Of a DNA stretch of 64,000 bases, positions 51,201 through 63,530 are shown piece by piece. The first letter of the stretch is position 1, and each line of letters opens with the position of its first letter. The translations under genes and the position numbers were made by a program. This stretch comes from Mobula hypostoma (taxonomy: Eukaryota), in the NCBI RefSeq assembly GCF_963921235.1, contig NC_086104.1, positions 135,656,001-135,720,000 of the forward strand, in the 5' to 3' direction. Below the pieces are notes generated by a model that did not search any database, had not been told where the DNA came from, and worked only from the letters and a program-made list of their open reading frames with translations.

Positions 51201-54200
51201 ATTACAATGAAACTAATGGCATTGTGATCACTGGACCCGAAGTGCTCCCCAAAACAAACCTCCGTCACCTGACCTATTTCATTCCCTAACAGGAGATCCA
51301 ATACTGCCCCTTCTCTAGTTGACACCTCTATGTATTGCTGCAAAAACCTATCCTGCACACATTTTAGAAACTCCAAACCATTCATCTGTTTTACAGTATT
51401 GGCTTCCCAGTCTAGGTGTGGAAAATTAAAATCTCCCACAATCACAGCCTTGTGCTTACTACAAATATCCGCTATCTCCTTACAAATTTGCTCCTCAAAT
51501 TCTCGCTCCCCATCTGGTGGTCTATAATACACTCCGATACGAGTTACCACACCTTTCCCATTACTCAATTCCACCCAAATAGCCTCTCTAGACGAGCCCT
51601 CTTATCTATCCGGCCAGGCACCTATATATTATTTTCTCTGACAAGCAATGCAACACCTCCCCCTCTTGTCCATTACACCTGATGCAATTAAATCCAGGAA
51701 TATTTAGTTTCCAATCACACCCCTCCTGTAACCATGTTTCACTAATAGCTACCACATCATACTTCCACGTATCAATCCATGTTTTAAGCTCATCCACCTT
51801 TCTTGTGATGCTCCTAGCATTAAAATAAATGCATTTAAGAAATGTTTCAACACTTACTCTCTGTTTATCACTATCGGTGCAAACAACTTACTATTTTCTT
51901 TTTCTTCCGTCTTTCCTACATCTGTTCCTACACTCTGGTTCCCCTCCCCCCTCGTATCTAGTTTAAATCCACCGGAACCTCCTTAGAAAACCTACCTGCA
52001 AGAATATGTGTCCCCCTATCCGAGCCACGTCCGAACCTATCCATATTTTTCCTTACAAATCAGGGCCTCCAATCCCGCCAATATCCTTGTAAATCTTCTC
52101 TGTACCATTCAATCTTATTTAGATGTTTCCTGCAGGTAGTTGAGCACAACTGCACACAGTATTTCAATTTAGGTCTCAACGAACTCTTCTGCACCTTCTT
52201 CATATCTGCTCATATACTGTATACAATACTTTGATTTATGACGGCCAATGTGCCAAAAGCTCTCTTTGCGACCGGCACCACCTGCGACGCCACTTTAAAT
52301 GAAATTTGTACCTGTATTCCCAGCTGCCCTTGTTCTACAGCACTCCTTTATGTTCTATTGATCACTGTGTAAGATATGCCCTGGTTGTTCCTACCGAATT
52401 TCAACACCTCTCTCGTCTGCATTTGAATTCAATATGCGATTTTACATCCTATTTGTCCAGCTTTGCCAGATCCCGCTGGAATTTCTGATAGCTTTCCGCG
52501 CTGCTGCTGCACTCCAGACTTATTGTCATCCGCAAATTTGCTGATGAAGTTAGCCACATTTTCATCCAGGTAACAGAAAGAGATGACAAATAAGAATGGG
52601 TCAAGCACCGATCCCTGAGTCAATCTACTCGTAACGGACCTCCAGTCAGACAGCCAACAAACTTCGGCCACGCTGGCTTCTCCCACAAAACCAATGTCCA
52701 AATCAGTTTACCACCTTCTCTTAAATGCCCTGCGGCTGAACCATCTTGATCAAACTCCCATGCGGGACATTGCCAAATACCTTTATAATTTATTTACTGT
52801 CTTGTCTTCATTGAATTTCCTGGGAACTTCTTCGAATTCTCTTTAAGGCAGGTTAGACTTGTCTTACCACTAACAAAGCCATGAAGTCTATCTCTAATCT
52901 GTTTATGCCTATGCTCATATATCAGGTCCCTTAGAATACCTTCCAATAACTTTCTCACTATGTATGTGAAGCTCACTGGTCTGTTATGTCCTCGTTTATT
53001 TTCAGAGCATTTCATAGCAGTGGATGAGCAGTAGCTATCTTCCAAGCTGGCACCTCACCTGTTTGTTCAAATATCTCTCCTGGAGCTCCTGCAATTTTTT
53101 AACTTGTCTCCCATAGAGTCTGCGGGAATACCTTTTCAGGCTCTAGGGTGAATCCACACTAATATGCCCCAAAATAGCAAATGACCCCTCCTTTGTAATC
53201 TGTATATGTTCCACGAAATCGATTCTGATTTTCTTCACTTTTATAGACTCTGTGTTCGTCTCCTTTGTAAATACAGACGATAAAACTAAATTGACAGCTC
53301 CACGATCTCTTTTGGTTCTATGCATGGATTGCGAATCTTATCTTCCAGAGGGCCAATTATGTCCCTTGCAATTATTTATTTATTTATTTCTCTTAACATA
53401 TCCGTTAAATCCATTAAGATGATCTTCCAACTTGTCTGCTTGGGGAAACTTCATGCCTTCTTTTAGCACTTTTTTTTATTATTCAGTGTTTTCTGCCATT
53501 TATTACACACCATAAGTACTTTGTTGGTATCTCCTTTTTCCTGTGAAATACCTCTTTTATTTCCTAATATCCCTCAAAAATGGCCTAAATATCCCTTGAA
53601 AGGGTAGGTTCCCTAGTCCGTTTATTCTGCCACGCAGAAACGAACTTTGTTTTCTCAAAACTTCACTTTTGAAGTCTTTCTAGTGACCAAGTACATCTTT
53701 GCCAGAAAATAGCCTTTCCCAGTCCATACTGGCCAGGTCCTTTCTGATAAACAATCTTTCATCGCTACCCTGCTTCTTTCTCTGATCAAAGATCATGGAT
53801 CTCACACTCTATCACTGGGACTTCTAAGTACTGATGAAGGAAAATTTCCTCTACTCAACTGACAATCTCTGTCTCTTCTAGTCCTTTAAAGTATTGGAAT
53901 CCTGGTCAATCGGTGGAGAGTTAATATCACCTACTCAAACAAGCTGAGGTTTTTGGCGGCATTCTCCAATGTCTGTACAATTTCGTTCCTGTACGTCCAG
54001 TCGGGTAGACTATAACATAGTCTCATTAACGTCGTCATACATGACATGATTTTCAATTGCATCAATAACGCCTCACAAGACTAGCTGTCCAATCTGTCAT
54101 GGCAGCACTACCGTGACATTTTCTCTGACTAGTAAAGCCAACCCTCCTCTTCTAATCATTCCCGCTCTGACCCATTTGAAGCTATGGAATCAGCATGTCC

Positions 54201-54400
54201 CCTTCAACTAAGTCTTACGAATGGCTACAATACCGTAATACCATGTGCAAATCTATGGCTTGAGCTAATCTGCCTTTTCTACGATATTACTTGCATTGAA
54301 ATACGTGTAATTCAGAGCAATAGTCACACTATGCTCACCCTTTTGTTCCCTGACATTGTCGAAGGCTTAACCATATCTGCTTTATTTTAATTATGTCTGC
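48240..54400 (-). mobile_element. Decayed CR1 (outer), with a nested CR1 at 49021-52020
   Basis: 3' tail at about 48240; minus-strand RT and EN remnants resume at 52020-54400 (SKFADD, RPVSFTY). Confidence 0.75.
49021..52020 (-). mobile_element. Nested CR1 LINE, ORF2 (EN plus RT)
   Basis: [61 protein letters not shown]. Confidence 0.93.
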
Positions 54401-54559
54401 CGATCAATCCCAACCGCTGTTCGAAACACTAAATTGCGCGAGTCGATACCTGAGGCCAACCAGAGTGAACATCGTCTTCTCACGCTTCCTATCCACAATT
54501 TGCCACTGTTCTTAAAAAAAAAAAGTAGGGACAGGACTGGCAGCTGAAGTTCCAGGGTT

Positions 54560-57010
54560 CCGTTGCCTGGAACGTAATTAAGCGTGAGCGAGAACTCTCA
54601 GGGACAATGTTGGGACTGCAGAGGACGTCTACTGGCGTGTTATGGGTGGAACTGTGGAATATAAAAGGAATGACGACTTGTAGGACAATTTTACAGACTC
54701 CCAACAGTCTACAGGATTTAGAGGGGCACATTTCTGAGAAATCACAGGCTGTTGCATGAAACATAAGGATGATGACAGGTGATTTATAGTTTCCACATAT
54801 TGACTGGGATTCCCGTACTGTAGAGGGGGGATGGGATAGAGTTTATTAAATATGTTCATGGCAGCTTCCCTAACCAGTACGTTGAAGTCCAGCTAGAAAG
54901 AACATGATACTAAATCTCCTGTTAAGGAATAAGGCAGGGCAAGCAGCAGAAGTATGTGCCAGGGAAAACTTTGAAATTTTGCATCTAGAGCTCATTTGCC
55001 ACTAGTTTCAAGACCTTTTTGGAGAAGGATAGATTTGGTCCTCCAGATAAGGTTCTAAATTGAAGAATGACCAAATTTGATGGTATCAGAAAGGATCGGG
55101 CAAGTGTGGACTGCGACAAGCTGTTTTCTGGCAAAGGTGCATTTGGTAAGAGGAAAGCCTTCAGAAGTTAAATGCTGACGAGTATAGCGTTTGTATATTG
55201 CTGTCAGAATAAAAGGCGGAAATAACAAGTTCAGGAAACTTTGTTTTCGAGAGGAATAGAGGCCCTGGTTAGATCGAAAGATGCATAACGTGAATAATTA
55301 GGATGGAGCCAGTGAGTTACTCAAAATGTTTTAGAAACATGAGAGAGCACACAAGAACGAAATCAGGAAGTTGAAAGCAGGCTCGAGGTTGCTCAGGTAG
55401 AAAACTTGAAAGTGAATCCAAAGACTTCTACAGGTATGCTAAGGGCAAAGGCATAGCAAGGGACAAAATATATCCTCAGAAAGATCAGAGTGTTCACATG
55501 GAACCGAGAGAGATGGTGGAGGTCTTAAATGATGCTGTTTTGCAGCAGTATTTACTCCCGACATAGAACGATTCTGTAGATGTTAAGCTAAGCCGACTTG
55601 AGGTCTTACATTACATAACAGCAAGCATTTTGTGCCTTGAGTTAACTGAGAGACAATAAATTCCTCATCCCTGAGACATCTTGGCATTCAAAATGAGGTG
55701 GAAATTTTGAATAAAAATTGACTTTATGGAAAATTCATGGACTGGTCTCTGACCAGCAGTTTGCCACATAGGTCGTTGCCAGGTGCATTGCTGGTGTCAC
55801 ATTATTGACGATCTCGAAGATAGTTTGGTGAAATGGGTTGGCAAACCTGCGGATTTCAGCAAATTTAGAGTGTAGTGAACAGCGACGAAAACTTTCAAAG
55901 CTTGTAGTCGTCCCTTGACCAGATGGAAAACTGGGCTATTAATTTTATATGGAATTTTATACAGACATATGTAAGGTGTTGCACTTTTATAGGACTTACA
56001 CAGTGAGTGGTGGATGATTGAGCAGTGCAGTAGGGCAGAGTGATCCAAGAAAACAGATGAGTTATTCTTTGAAAGAGGCGTCACATGTAGATTAGGTCGA
56101 AAAGAAAGCTTATGGCACACTGAGCTTCATAAGTCAAAGTACCATGTACAGGCGATGAGATAACGTGTTGAATTTGCGTAAGTAGTTATTGAGGCCTAAT
56201 TTGGGGTATTATGTGCAGCTTTTTTCACCTACCTTCACGAAACATTTCAAAGGGATTGAAAGAGTACAAAAATACTAAAATGTTGTAGGACTTGAGATAT
56301 AGGAAAAGGTTAAACAAGTTAGTTCTTCATTTCCTGGAGTGTTTAAGAATTAGGAGAGATTTGACAGAGATATGAAAGTATGGAGATGTGTCACTAGCAA
56401 GGAAGGTGTAAATAATTCCCTCCCTCCGCTGGCGTGCAAGTCCCTCTTTGGCAATGTGCAGCACTTACCGAGCGGACTGCACCCACTACCGCTCCCTTAT
56501 ACACCGATGGGAGTAACAAGAAGTCATGGGAGCAGGTGGTGGATGGTCGTATAAACAGTCATTGCATATCACAAGCCCTGGTTATATTCTGCCACTGATG
56601 CCAGGCAGAAAATCCCTGAATAGTATTGATAATAGTTCGGGTGAACTTTTTGTATAAAGACACAGTGCAGAAAAAGGCAAAGGCAAAAAACATCAGAAGG
56701 AGGAAAATTGCCAAGAACAATCGTGGTAATGGATAAGACCATGATCGCCAACCCACTCGACACGGTAGCAAATGATGATAATGATGATGAGGAGAATGAT
56801 GAAACTAAATTAAGACCAGTGTGTAGGGTAAATGCAATCAGGTTGTTTCAATTGAGGCTGTTTAGGACGAGAACTAGAGTAATTGTGTCAGGAGTGAAAG
56901 GTGAAATGTTTAAGGAAAACATTAAAATAATTTCTTCACTCAGAATTTGGTGAGTGTGTGGTATAAGCTGACAAGGAAAGTGGTAGACGCGGATTCGATT
57001 TCTTCCTCTA
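54560..57010 (+). mobile_element. Heavily decayed CR1 LINE
   Basis: EN and RT remnants (GDL.FP.IDWD, RPNLGYYVQLF). Interrupted at about 56392-56800. Confidence 0.7.
56392..56800 (+). mobile_element. RTE-related SINE-like insertion
   Basis: GAAAAAGGCAAAGGCAAA (decayed GAAGGCAATGGCAA of RTE 3' ends) and a (TGA)n-like tail at 56772-56800. Interrupts CR1. Confidence 0.5.
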
Positions 57011-57095
57011 GCAGACATTTATTTTGCTATACTGAGGGCTATTATCCATTCAAAGAAATTAAAACGATGCACAGAAAACAGATGCTGACGTCCAG

Positions 57096-57203
57096 ATTCT
57101 GGTTCAATCGATTCCATCAATCAAATCGACTATTACACCAGCGACCCGTTTAACGGCTCCGTTTATGGACGGGATTGTAGTGAAGGAAACACCTGTGTTC
57201 CCG
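57096..57203 (+). CDS. Second cytoplasmic-tail exon (Tyr-containing), downstream of the lesions
   Basis: TCCAG acceptor with a weak pyrimidine tract; GTTGGT donor at 57204; 108 nt, phase 1-1: DSGSIDSINQIDYYTSDPFNGSVYGRDCSEGNTCVP. Acidic, Ser/Tyr-rich sequence in a non-repetitive island. Confidence 0.6.
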
Positions 57204-57636
57204 GTTGGTACATGTTTTCTTTCGGTTTTTATTTTCTACCTCTACCTCATGTTGGTGTCAAATATAAACTAACAAAGAAAGTTGTACAGGCATGCACGAC
57301 GTAAATTGATCTGAGATCTGATACTTTTCTGAGCGATTTGCTTTAATTGATGTGTGTGACAAAAAAAAAACGCTTCTGTAGCCAGGTGTGTAATTGAACG
57401 AAACGTTATTTCATTGTTCGTTGCATCTTGCTCGTTTTCATGTGGAGATTTTGAGGAATAATTAGTACATCGTGTTCGTGCGCAATACATTGCTCATAGT
57501 CAGAAAACAAATAAACATCCATCCTTCATCGAAATGCGCATCACACAAAGAACAAAAACAATATCTCTCATTCAGCAGGGTGTGCTGTTCAACATGTTGT
57601 TTCGGAGATAGTGATTTCATTCATTCTTCCTTCTAA

Positions 57637-57756
57637 ATCTGGTTCTCGGCGCTGAAAGTAAAACCATTGGCTCTCCTGATGCTCCGGTCCTGATGGCCGG
57701 CAGTACTGACAATCTGCTGATGCTCAGAGATTCCCAAGATGATCACAAAAATTAAG
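57637..57756 (+). pseudogene. Putative decayed third cytoplasmic exon
   Basis: Good pyrimidine tract, but it ends TTCTAA rather than TTCTAG. The phase-1 frame reads DLVLGAESKTIGSPDAPVLMAGSTDNLLMLRDSQDDHKN*; GTAAAT at 57757. The assignment is inferred from position and composition. Confidence 0.4.
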
Positions 57757-57769
57757 GTAAATTAATTTC

Positions 57770-60700
57770 AACAAGGACGGGCTACACCTGAACCCGAAGG
57801 GGCCAGTATAGTGGTGGGAAGATAGAGTTGTTAGGGAGGGATTAAACTAATTTAGTAGGGGGATCGGAACCGGAATGATAGAGCCGTGGTGGGGGAAACA
57901 GAAATAAATCTAAGATAGTGAAGAGTAAAGATGTCAGGAAAGACAAGCAAGTGATGGGGCAAATTTGTTGTCATTGGGATGAGTTGAAGTGCAATAAATT
58001 TGCAGTGCAATCAAAGCAAAACATACCAAATACTGGTCTTAAGGTGTTATAATTAAATGCACGCAGCATAAGGAATAAGGTGGACAATCTTGTCGTACAG
58101 CTACAGATTGGCAGGTATGATATTGTGACCATCAGTGAGACGTCGCTAAAGGATGGATGCCTCTGGTAGCTGAACGTCCAAGGATACACGGTGTATCGGA
58201 AGGATAGACAGGTAGGCAGACGGTGTGGTGGTGGCTTTATTGGAAAGGAATGATATTAAATCATTAGAAAGAGGTGACATAGGATCGGAATGTTCAGAAA
58301 CTTTATGGGTTGAGCTAAGAAATCGCAGGAGTAAAAGGACCCTGTTGGCAGTTATATACAGGTCTCCTAAAGGGGTCCTTTGACATCTGCCGGACGATGC
58401 TGAGGACGTTCTACGAGTCTGTGGTGGCCAGAACGATCATGTTTGCTGTTGTGTGCTGGGGCAGCAGGCCGAGGGTAGCAGATACCAACAGAATCAACAA
58501 ACCTATTCGTAAGGCCAGTGATGTTGTGGGGATGGAACTGGACTCTCTGGCAGTGGTGTCTGAAAAGAGGATGCTGTCCAAGTTGCATGCCATCTTGGAC
58601 AATGTCTCCCATCCACTACATAATGTACTGGTTGGGCACAGGAGTACATTCAGCCAGAGACTCATTCCACCGAGATGCAACACAGAGCGTCATAGGAAGT
58701 CATTCCTGCCTGTGGTCATCAAACTTTACAACCCCTTCCTTGGCGGCTCAGACACCCTGAGCCAATAGGCTGGTCCAGGACTTATTTCCTTGCATAATTT
58801 ACATATTACTATTAAACTATTTATGGTTTTATTACTATTTAATTATTTATCTTGCAACTGTAACGAAAACCAATTCCCCCGGGATCAATAAAGTACGACT
58901 ATGACTATGACTATGACAAACTGCTGCAGGGATGTGGACTACAAATTACAACAGGAAATAGAAACGGATTGTCAGGAGGACAGTGTTATGATAATTGTGC
59001 AGGATTTTACAATGCCAGTGGATTGGCAAAAAATAGGTCGGCACTGGATCTCAAGAGACAGAATTTGTAGAATATTTGCGAGATAGCCTTTTAAACAGTT
59101 TGTTGTTGAGCCCACCAGGGAATCGGCTGTACTGGATTGGGTATTGTGCAATGAACCAGAGATGATTAAAGAGATTGAGGTAAACGAACCCTTAGGAGTC
59201 AGTGATTATAACATGATTGAGCTCACTGTGAAATTTGAGAAAGAGAAGCGGGAATCGGATGCATCGGTATTTCAGTGGAATAAAGGAAACTACAGTGGCA
59301 TGAGAAAGGAACTGGCCAAAGTTGACTGGAAAGAGACACTGGCGGAAAAAAACGGCAGAGCAGCAGTGGCTGGAGTTTATGCGAAAAATGAGGAATGTGC
59401 AAGACAGGTATATTCCAAAAAAGAAGAAATTTTCGACTGGAAAAAGGATGCAACCGTGGCTGAAAAGAGAAATCAAAGCCAAAGTTAAAGCAAAGGAGAG
59501 GGTGTACAAGGAAGATAAAATTAGTGGGAAGACAGAGGATTGGGAAGTTTTTAAATGCTTACAAATGGAAACTAAGAAGGTCATTAAGAGGGAGAAGATC
59601 AACAATGAAAGGAAGCCAGCAAATAATATCAAAGAGGATACTGAAAGATTTTTCAAGTATATAAAGAGTAAAAGACAAGTGAGAGAAGATATAAGACCGA
59701 TAGAAAATGATGCTGGAGAAATTGTAATGGGAGATAAGGAAATGGCGGCGGAACTGAATGAGCATTTTGCATCAGTCTTCACTGAGGAAAACATCAGCAG
59801 TATACCGGACACTCAAGGGTGGCAGGGAAAAGACGTGTGCGCAGTTACAATTCTGACAGAGAAACTGTTCAGGAAGCTGAATATTCTAAGGGTAGATAAA
59901 TTTCCCGGACCAAATGGAATTCACCCTCATGTTCTGAAGGAAGTAGCTGTCAAGATTGCGGAGGTACTAGCAATGATCTTTCAAAGTCAATAGATTCTGG
60001 CATGGTTCCGTAGGACTGGACGATTGCAAATTTCGCTCCGCTATTTAAGAAGCGGGTAAGGAGGCAAAAAAGAAAATTATAAACCTGTTAGCATGACATC
60101 GGTGGTTGGGAAGTTGTTGGAGTCGATTGTTAAGGATGACTTTACAGAGTACCTGGAGGCATATGACAGGATAGGCAGAATACAACATGGTTTCATTAAA
60201 GGAAAATCCGACCTGACCGACCTTTTGCAATTTTTTGAGGAAATTACACGTAGGCTAGACGGGAAATGCAGTGGATGTTGTATATTTGGATTTTCAGAAG
60301 GCCTTTGACAAGGTGCCACACATGACGCTGCTTAACAAGATAAGAGCCCATGGAATTATGGGAAAGTTACATACGTGGATAGAGCGTTGGCTGATTGGCA
60401 GGAAACAGAAAGTGGGAACAAAGGGATCCTATTTTGGTTAGCTGCCGGTTACCAGTCGTGTTCCGCAGGGGTCCGTGTTGGGGCTGCTTCCTTTTACATT
60501 CTACATCAACGATTTGGATTATGGAATATATGGCTTTGTGGCTAAGTTTGCTGATGACTCAAAGATAGGTGGAGGGGCCGGTAGTGCTGAGGAAACGGAG
60601 AGTCAGCAGAGAGACTTGGATATATTGGAAGAATGGGCAAAGAAGTGGCAAATAAAATAGAATGCTGGAAAGTGTATGGTTATGCACTTTGGCAGAAGAA

Positions 60701-61510
60701 ATAAACGGGAAGACTATTATTTAAATTGGGAGAGAGTTTAAAGTTCTGAGATGCAACTGGACTTGGGAGTCCTCGTACAGGATACTTTTAAGCTTAACCT
60801 CCAGGTCGAGTGGGTGGTGAGGAAGGCGAATGAAATGTTGGCATTCATTTCTAGAGGAATAGAGTATAGGAGCAGGGATATGATGTTGAGTCTATATAAG
60901 GCACTGGTAATACCTCACTTGGAGTACTGTGGCTAATTTTGGGCTCCTTATTTAAGAAAGGATGTGCTGACGTTGGGGACGGTTCAGAGATGATTCACCA
61001 GAATGATTCCGGGAATGAGAGGGTTAACATATGAGGAACGTTTGTCTGTTCTTGGACTGTATTCCTTGGAGTTTAGAAGAATGATCGGGTACCTCATAGA
61101 AATATTTAGAATGTTGAGAAGGATGGACAGAGTGCATGCGGCAAAATTGTTTCCCATGGGGGGGGGGGGGGGGGGGAGTCCAGTACCCGAGGGCAGGATT
61201 TAAGGATTGAAAGGCACCCATTCAGAACAGAGAGGCGAACATTTCTTTTTTCTTTTTTTGTTTTTACCCAGAGTGTGGTGAATTTATGGAATTTGTTTTC
61301 ACTGGCGGCAGTGGAGGCCAAGTGTTTGAGTGTATTTATGGCAGAGATTGTTAGGTATCTGAGTAGCCAGAGTATCAAATGTTATGGTGAGAAGGCGGGA
61401 GAGTGGGTCTAAATGGGAGAATGGATCAGCACATGATAAAATGGCGGAGCAGACTTGATGGACCGAATGGCCGACATCTGCTCCTTTATCTTATTGTCTT
61501 GTGGTCTAAA
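57770..61510 (+). mobile_element. CR1 LINE ORF2 (EN plus RT), split by a Rex1 insertion
   Basis: LNARSIRNKVDNL, DKFPGPNGIHP, QHGFIKGKS, KFADDSKIGG, PHLEYC; 3' tail TCTTATTGTCTTGTGGTCT. Confidence 0.93.
58371..58917 (+). mobile_element. Rex1/Babar LINE 3' fragment (relatively young)
   Basis: Open C-terminal ORF MLRTFYESVVARTIMFAVVCWGS...HPLH...RCNTERHRKSFLPVVIKLYN; AATAAA followed by an (ATGACT)n tail. Confidence 0.9.
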
Positions 61511-62688
61511 TACACTCTTTTTCACATCCGTAGGAACCAAAATTCTGGGTAACGGATTATTGACCGGCCTATGATTTCGACAGCACAATCTTTATTGGTA
61601 TTTCTTAAAAATACATGTCCTGGGAAAGTGGTTCAGGAGCAGTGCTGTTCTCAAGCAGACAAAGTTGTCATCCTGGAGTCTTATCCGAAACACGTGACTC
61701 TACAATTTTGTATCGTCCACGCCGGTTTCTCTGTATACACTATATTTCCAGTGACTGAAACTACTTCCAACCATTTCTCCCCAGCATCTGGTCCTCCTAC
61801 GCAAATGAGATGCTTAAATCCGTGCTGCTGATTAAATCACTGCCGTTGATTTTCAATAGTTTGTCCTCGCGGTGCAAATTTCTCTCTCGCGTATTGAACT
61901 TAATGTTTTTTTTGTTTTAAATGTCATGTCTATTTAGTTTGAGAAGACTAATCCTTTCAATGAGAAACTTTCAATTTCGTTAATGAAATAAAAAGGCCGA
62001 GTAATATTCCAAATGTTATTAAGTTTCAATCCGCTTTATTTGGCATAATATATCAACTTTGTTTTCATTCTCAGGTAGATTAATATAAAGTCCAAGATTC
62101 CATATTCGATTGCCAATCTTGAAGACAATGGAAATGTTCTGACTTAGATCGAGAAGCCACCCTTTCTTCTGTCAAGAAAGAGGCGCATGCAGATCTTCAT
62201 CTTGCTGTCATCTCTTGCACAATTACCAAATGCAGAAATATTGACTAATTTTGTGTTTATTTGGTTTGACTCCTGTCCTGTTACTTACAGAAAACATCTT
62301 TGTTTTGTTCAATGTAAATAAGTTTGAAGAAATGAAAAAAAAAAGGAAAATCCCTCGTAAAGAAAGATCATGGCTATTTCTATCGATTAAATATTAAAAA
62401 CAATTACTCTGTATTACCCTTTTCCAGTATTCCTAACACTTGTTAGAGATATACCGGGTGTTCAGATGAATGGATTAACGGTTATATTGCGCTTTATTTT
62501 GTTATGGATGTTGGCAGTTGGTCTTTTATTTTTGCATTGCTCTGCGACATTTCAAGCACATTAAATAAATATATCATCTTATGCATGTGTTCACATTTTG
62601 TCCGAAAACAAGCCATATCAGGGGCAGTGAAATACTACTGCGCTGTTTCATCAGGAATTCTAATGTGAACAAGAGATATATACTATTA

Positions 62689-63025
62689 TCATAGACGTTC
62701 TTATGATTCTCCAAATGATCCAGTAAGTTGACATCTGGCACAATAGATTAAAAACAAAAAACAAAACAAAACAAAAAAGTAGCTATCAACAGATTAAGAG
62801 AAAAATAAGGGAATTCAAAAAGCCTGAGAGCACTCTTCAGAGACACGAGAGAAGCGGGGGATGGGGGGTGGAGTCATAGACGTTCTTATGATTCTCCAAA
62901 TGTCCCGGCAAGTTGGCATCTGGCAGAGTAGATTCAAAACGAAAAATAAAGTTGCCAGCAACAGATTAAGGGAAAAATAGGGGAATTCAAAGAGTCTGAA
63001 AATGCTCTTCAGTGTCATGAGAGAG
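62689..63025 (+). repeat. Tandem duplication of about 150-185 bp
   Basis: TCATAGACGTTCTTATGATTCTCCAAATG...GGGAATTCAAA...CTCTTCAG occurs at 62689 and again at 62874. Confidence 0.9.
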
Positions 63026-63530
63026 AGGGGGTAAGATGGGAGAGGGAGGAGGGGAGAGAAAGGAGGGGAGGAATGGGGGAAGGAGAGGGAGCGGGGGAAG
63101 GAGGGGGGGAAAGGGGGAAAGAGAGGGGAGAGTGAGAAGAGGGAGAGGGGGGATTGAGAGGTCTAGGGGAAAGCAGACGGAGGGGAACGAGGGGGAGGGG
63201 AAGGAGGGGATGGAAGGAGAGGGGGAAGGAGGGGATGGAAGGAGAGGGGGAAGGAGAGGAGAGGGGTGAGAGAGAAAAACAGAGAGGGGGCAAGAGGAGA
63301 GAGAGAGAAGGAAAAAGAGAAACAGAAAGGAAGGAGACGGTGGGAATGAGAGTGAGAAAGAGAAGGAAGAAGAGAGAGTGGAGAGGATTGAGAGAGAAAG
63401 AAAACCGGGAGAGAGAGAAAAGGGCGAGGTGAGAGAAGGGGAAAGGAGAGAGAGGGTGGAGGAGAGAGAGGGATGGAGAGAGGGGGTGAGAGAAAAAGAG
63501 GGAAGGAGAGAGAAGGGGAAGGAATGAGAG
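63017..63530 (+). repeat. Polypurine (G/A) low-complexity tract
   Basis: About 510 nt of almost only G and A, with many GGG(G) runs. Confidence 0.95.

Noticed and set aside
56392-56470. Possible HDV-like ribozyme at the 5' end of the RTE-related SINE (CCCTCCCTCCGCTGGC...GGCAA)
   Set aside because: The helices cannot be convincingly paired in this copy; it would need the family consensus.
62428-62564. Phase-1 open frame after a TTTTCCAG acceptor: VFLTLVRDIPGVQMNGLTVILRFILLWMLAVGLLFLHCSATFQAH*, then AATAAA; looks like a TM/GPI terminal exon or signal peptide
   Set aside because: It lies after the cytoplasmic exons, matches no family motif, and T-rich DNA readily gives hydrophobic frames. It needs transcript evidence.
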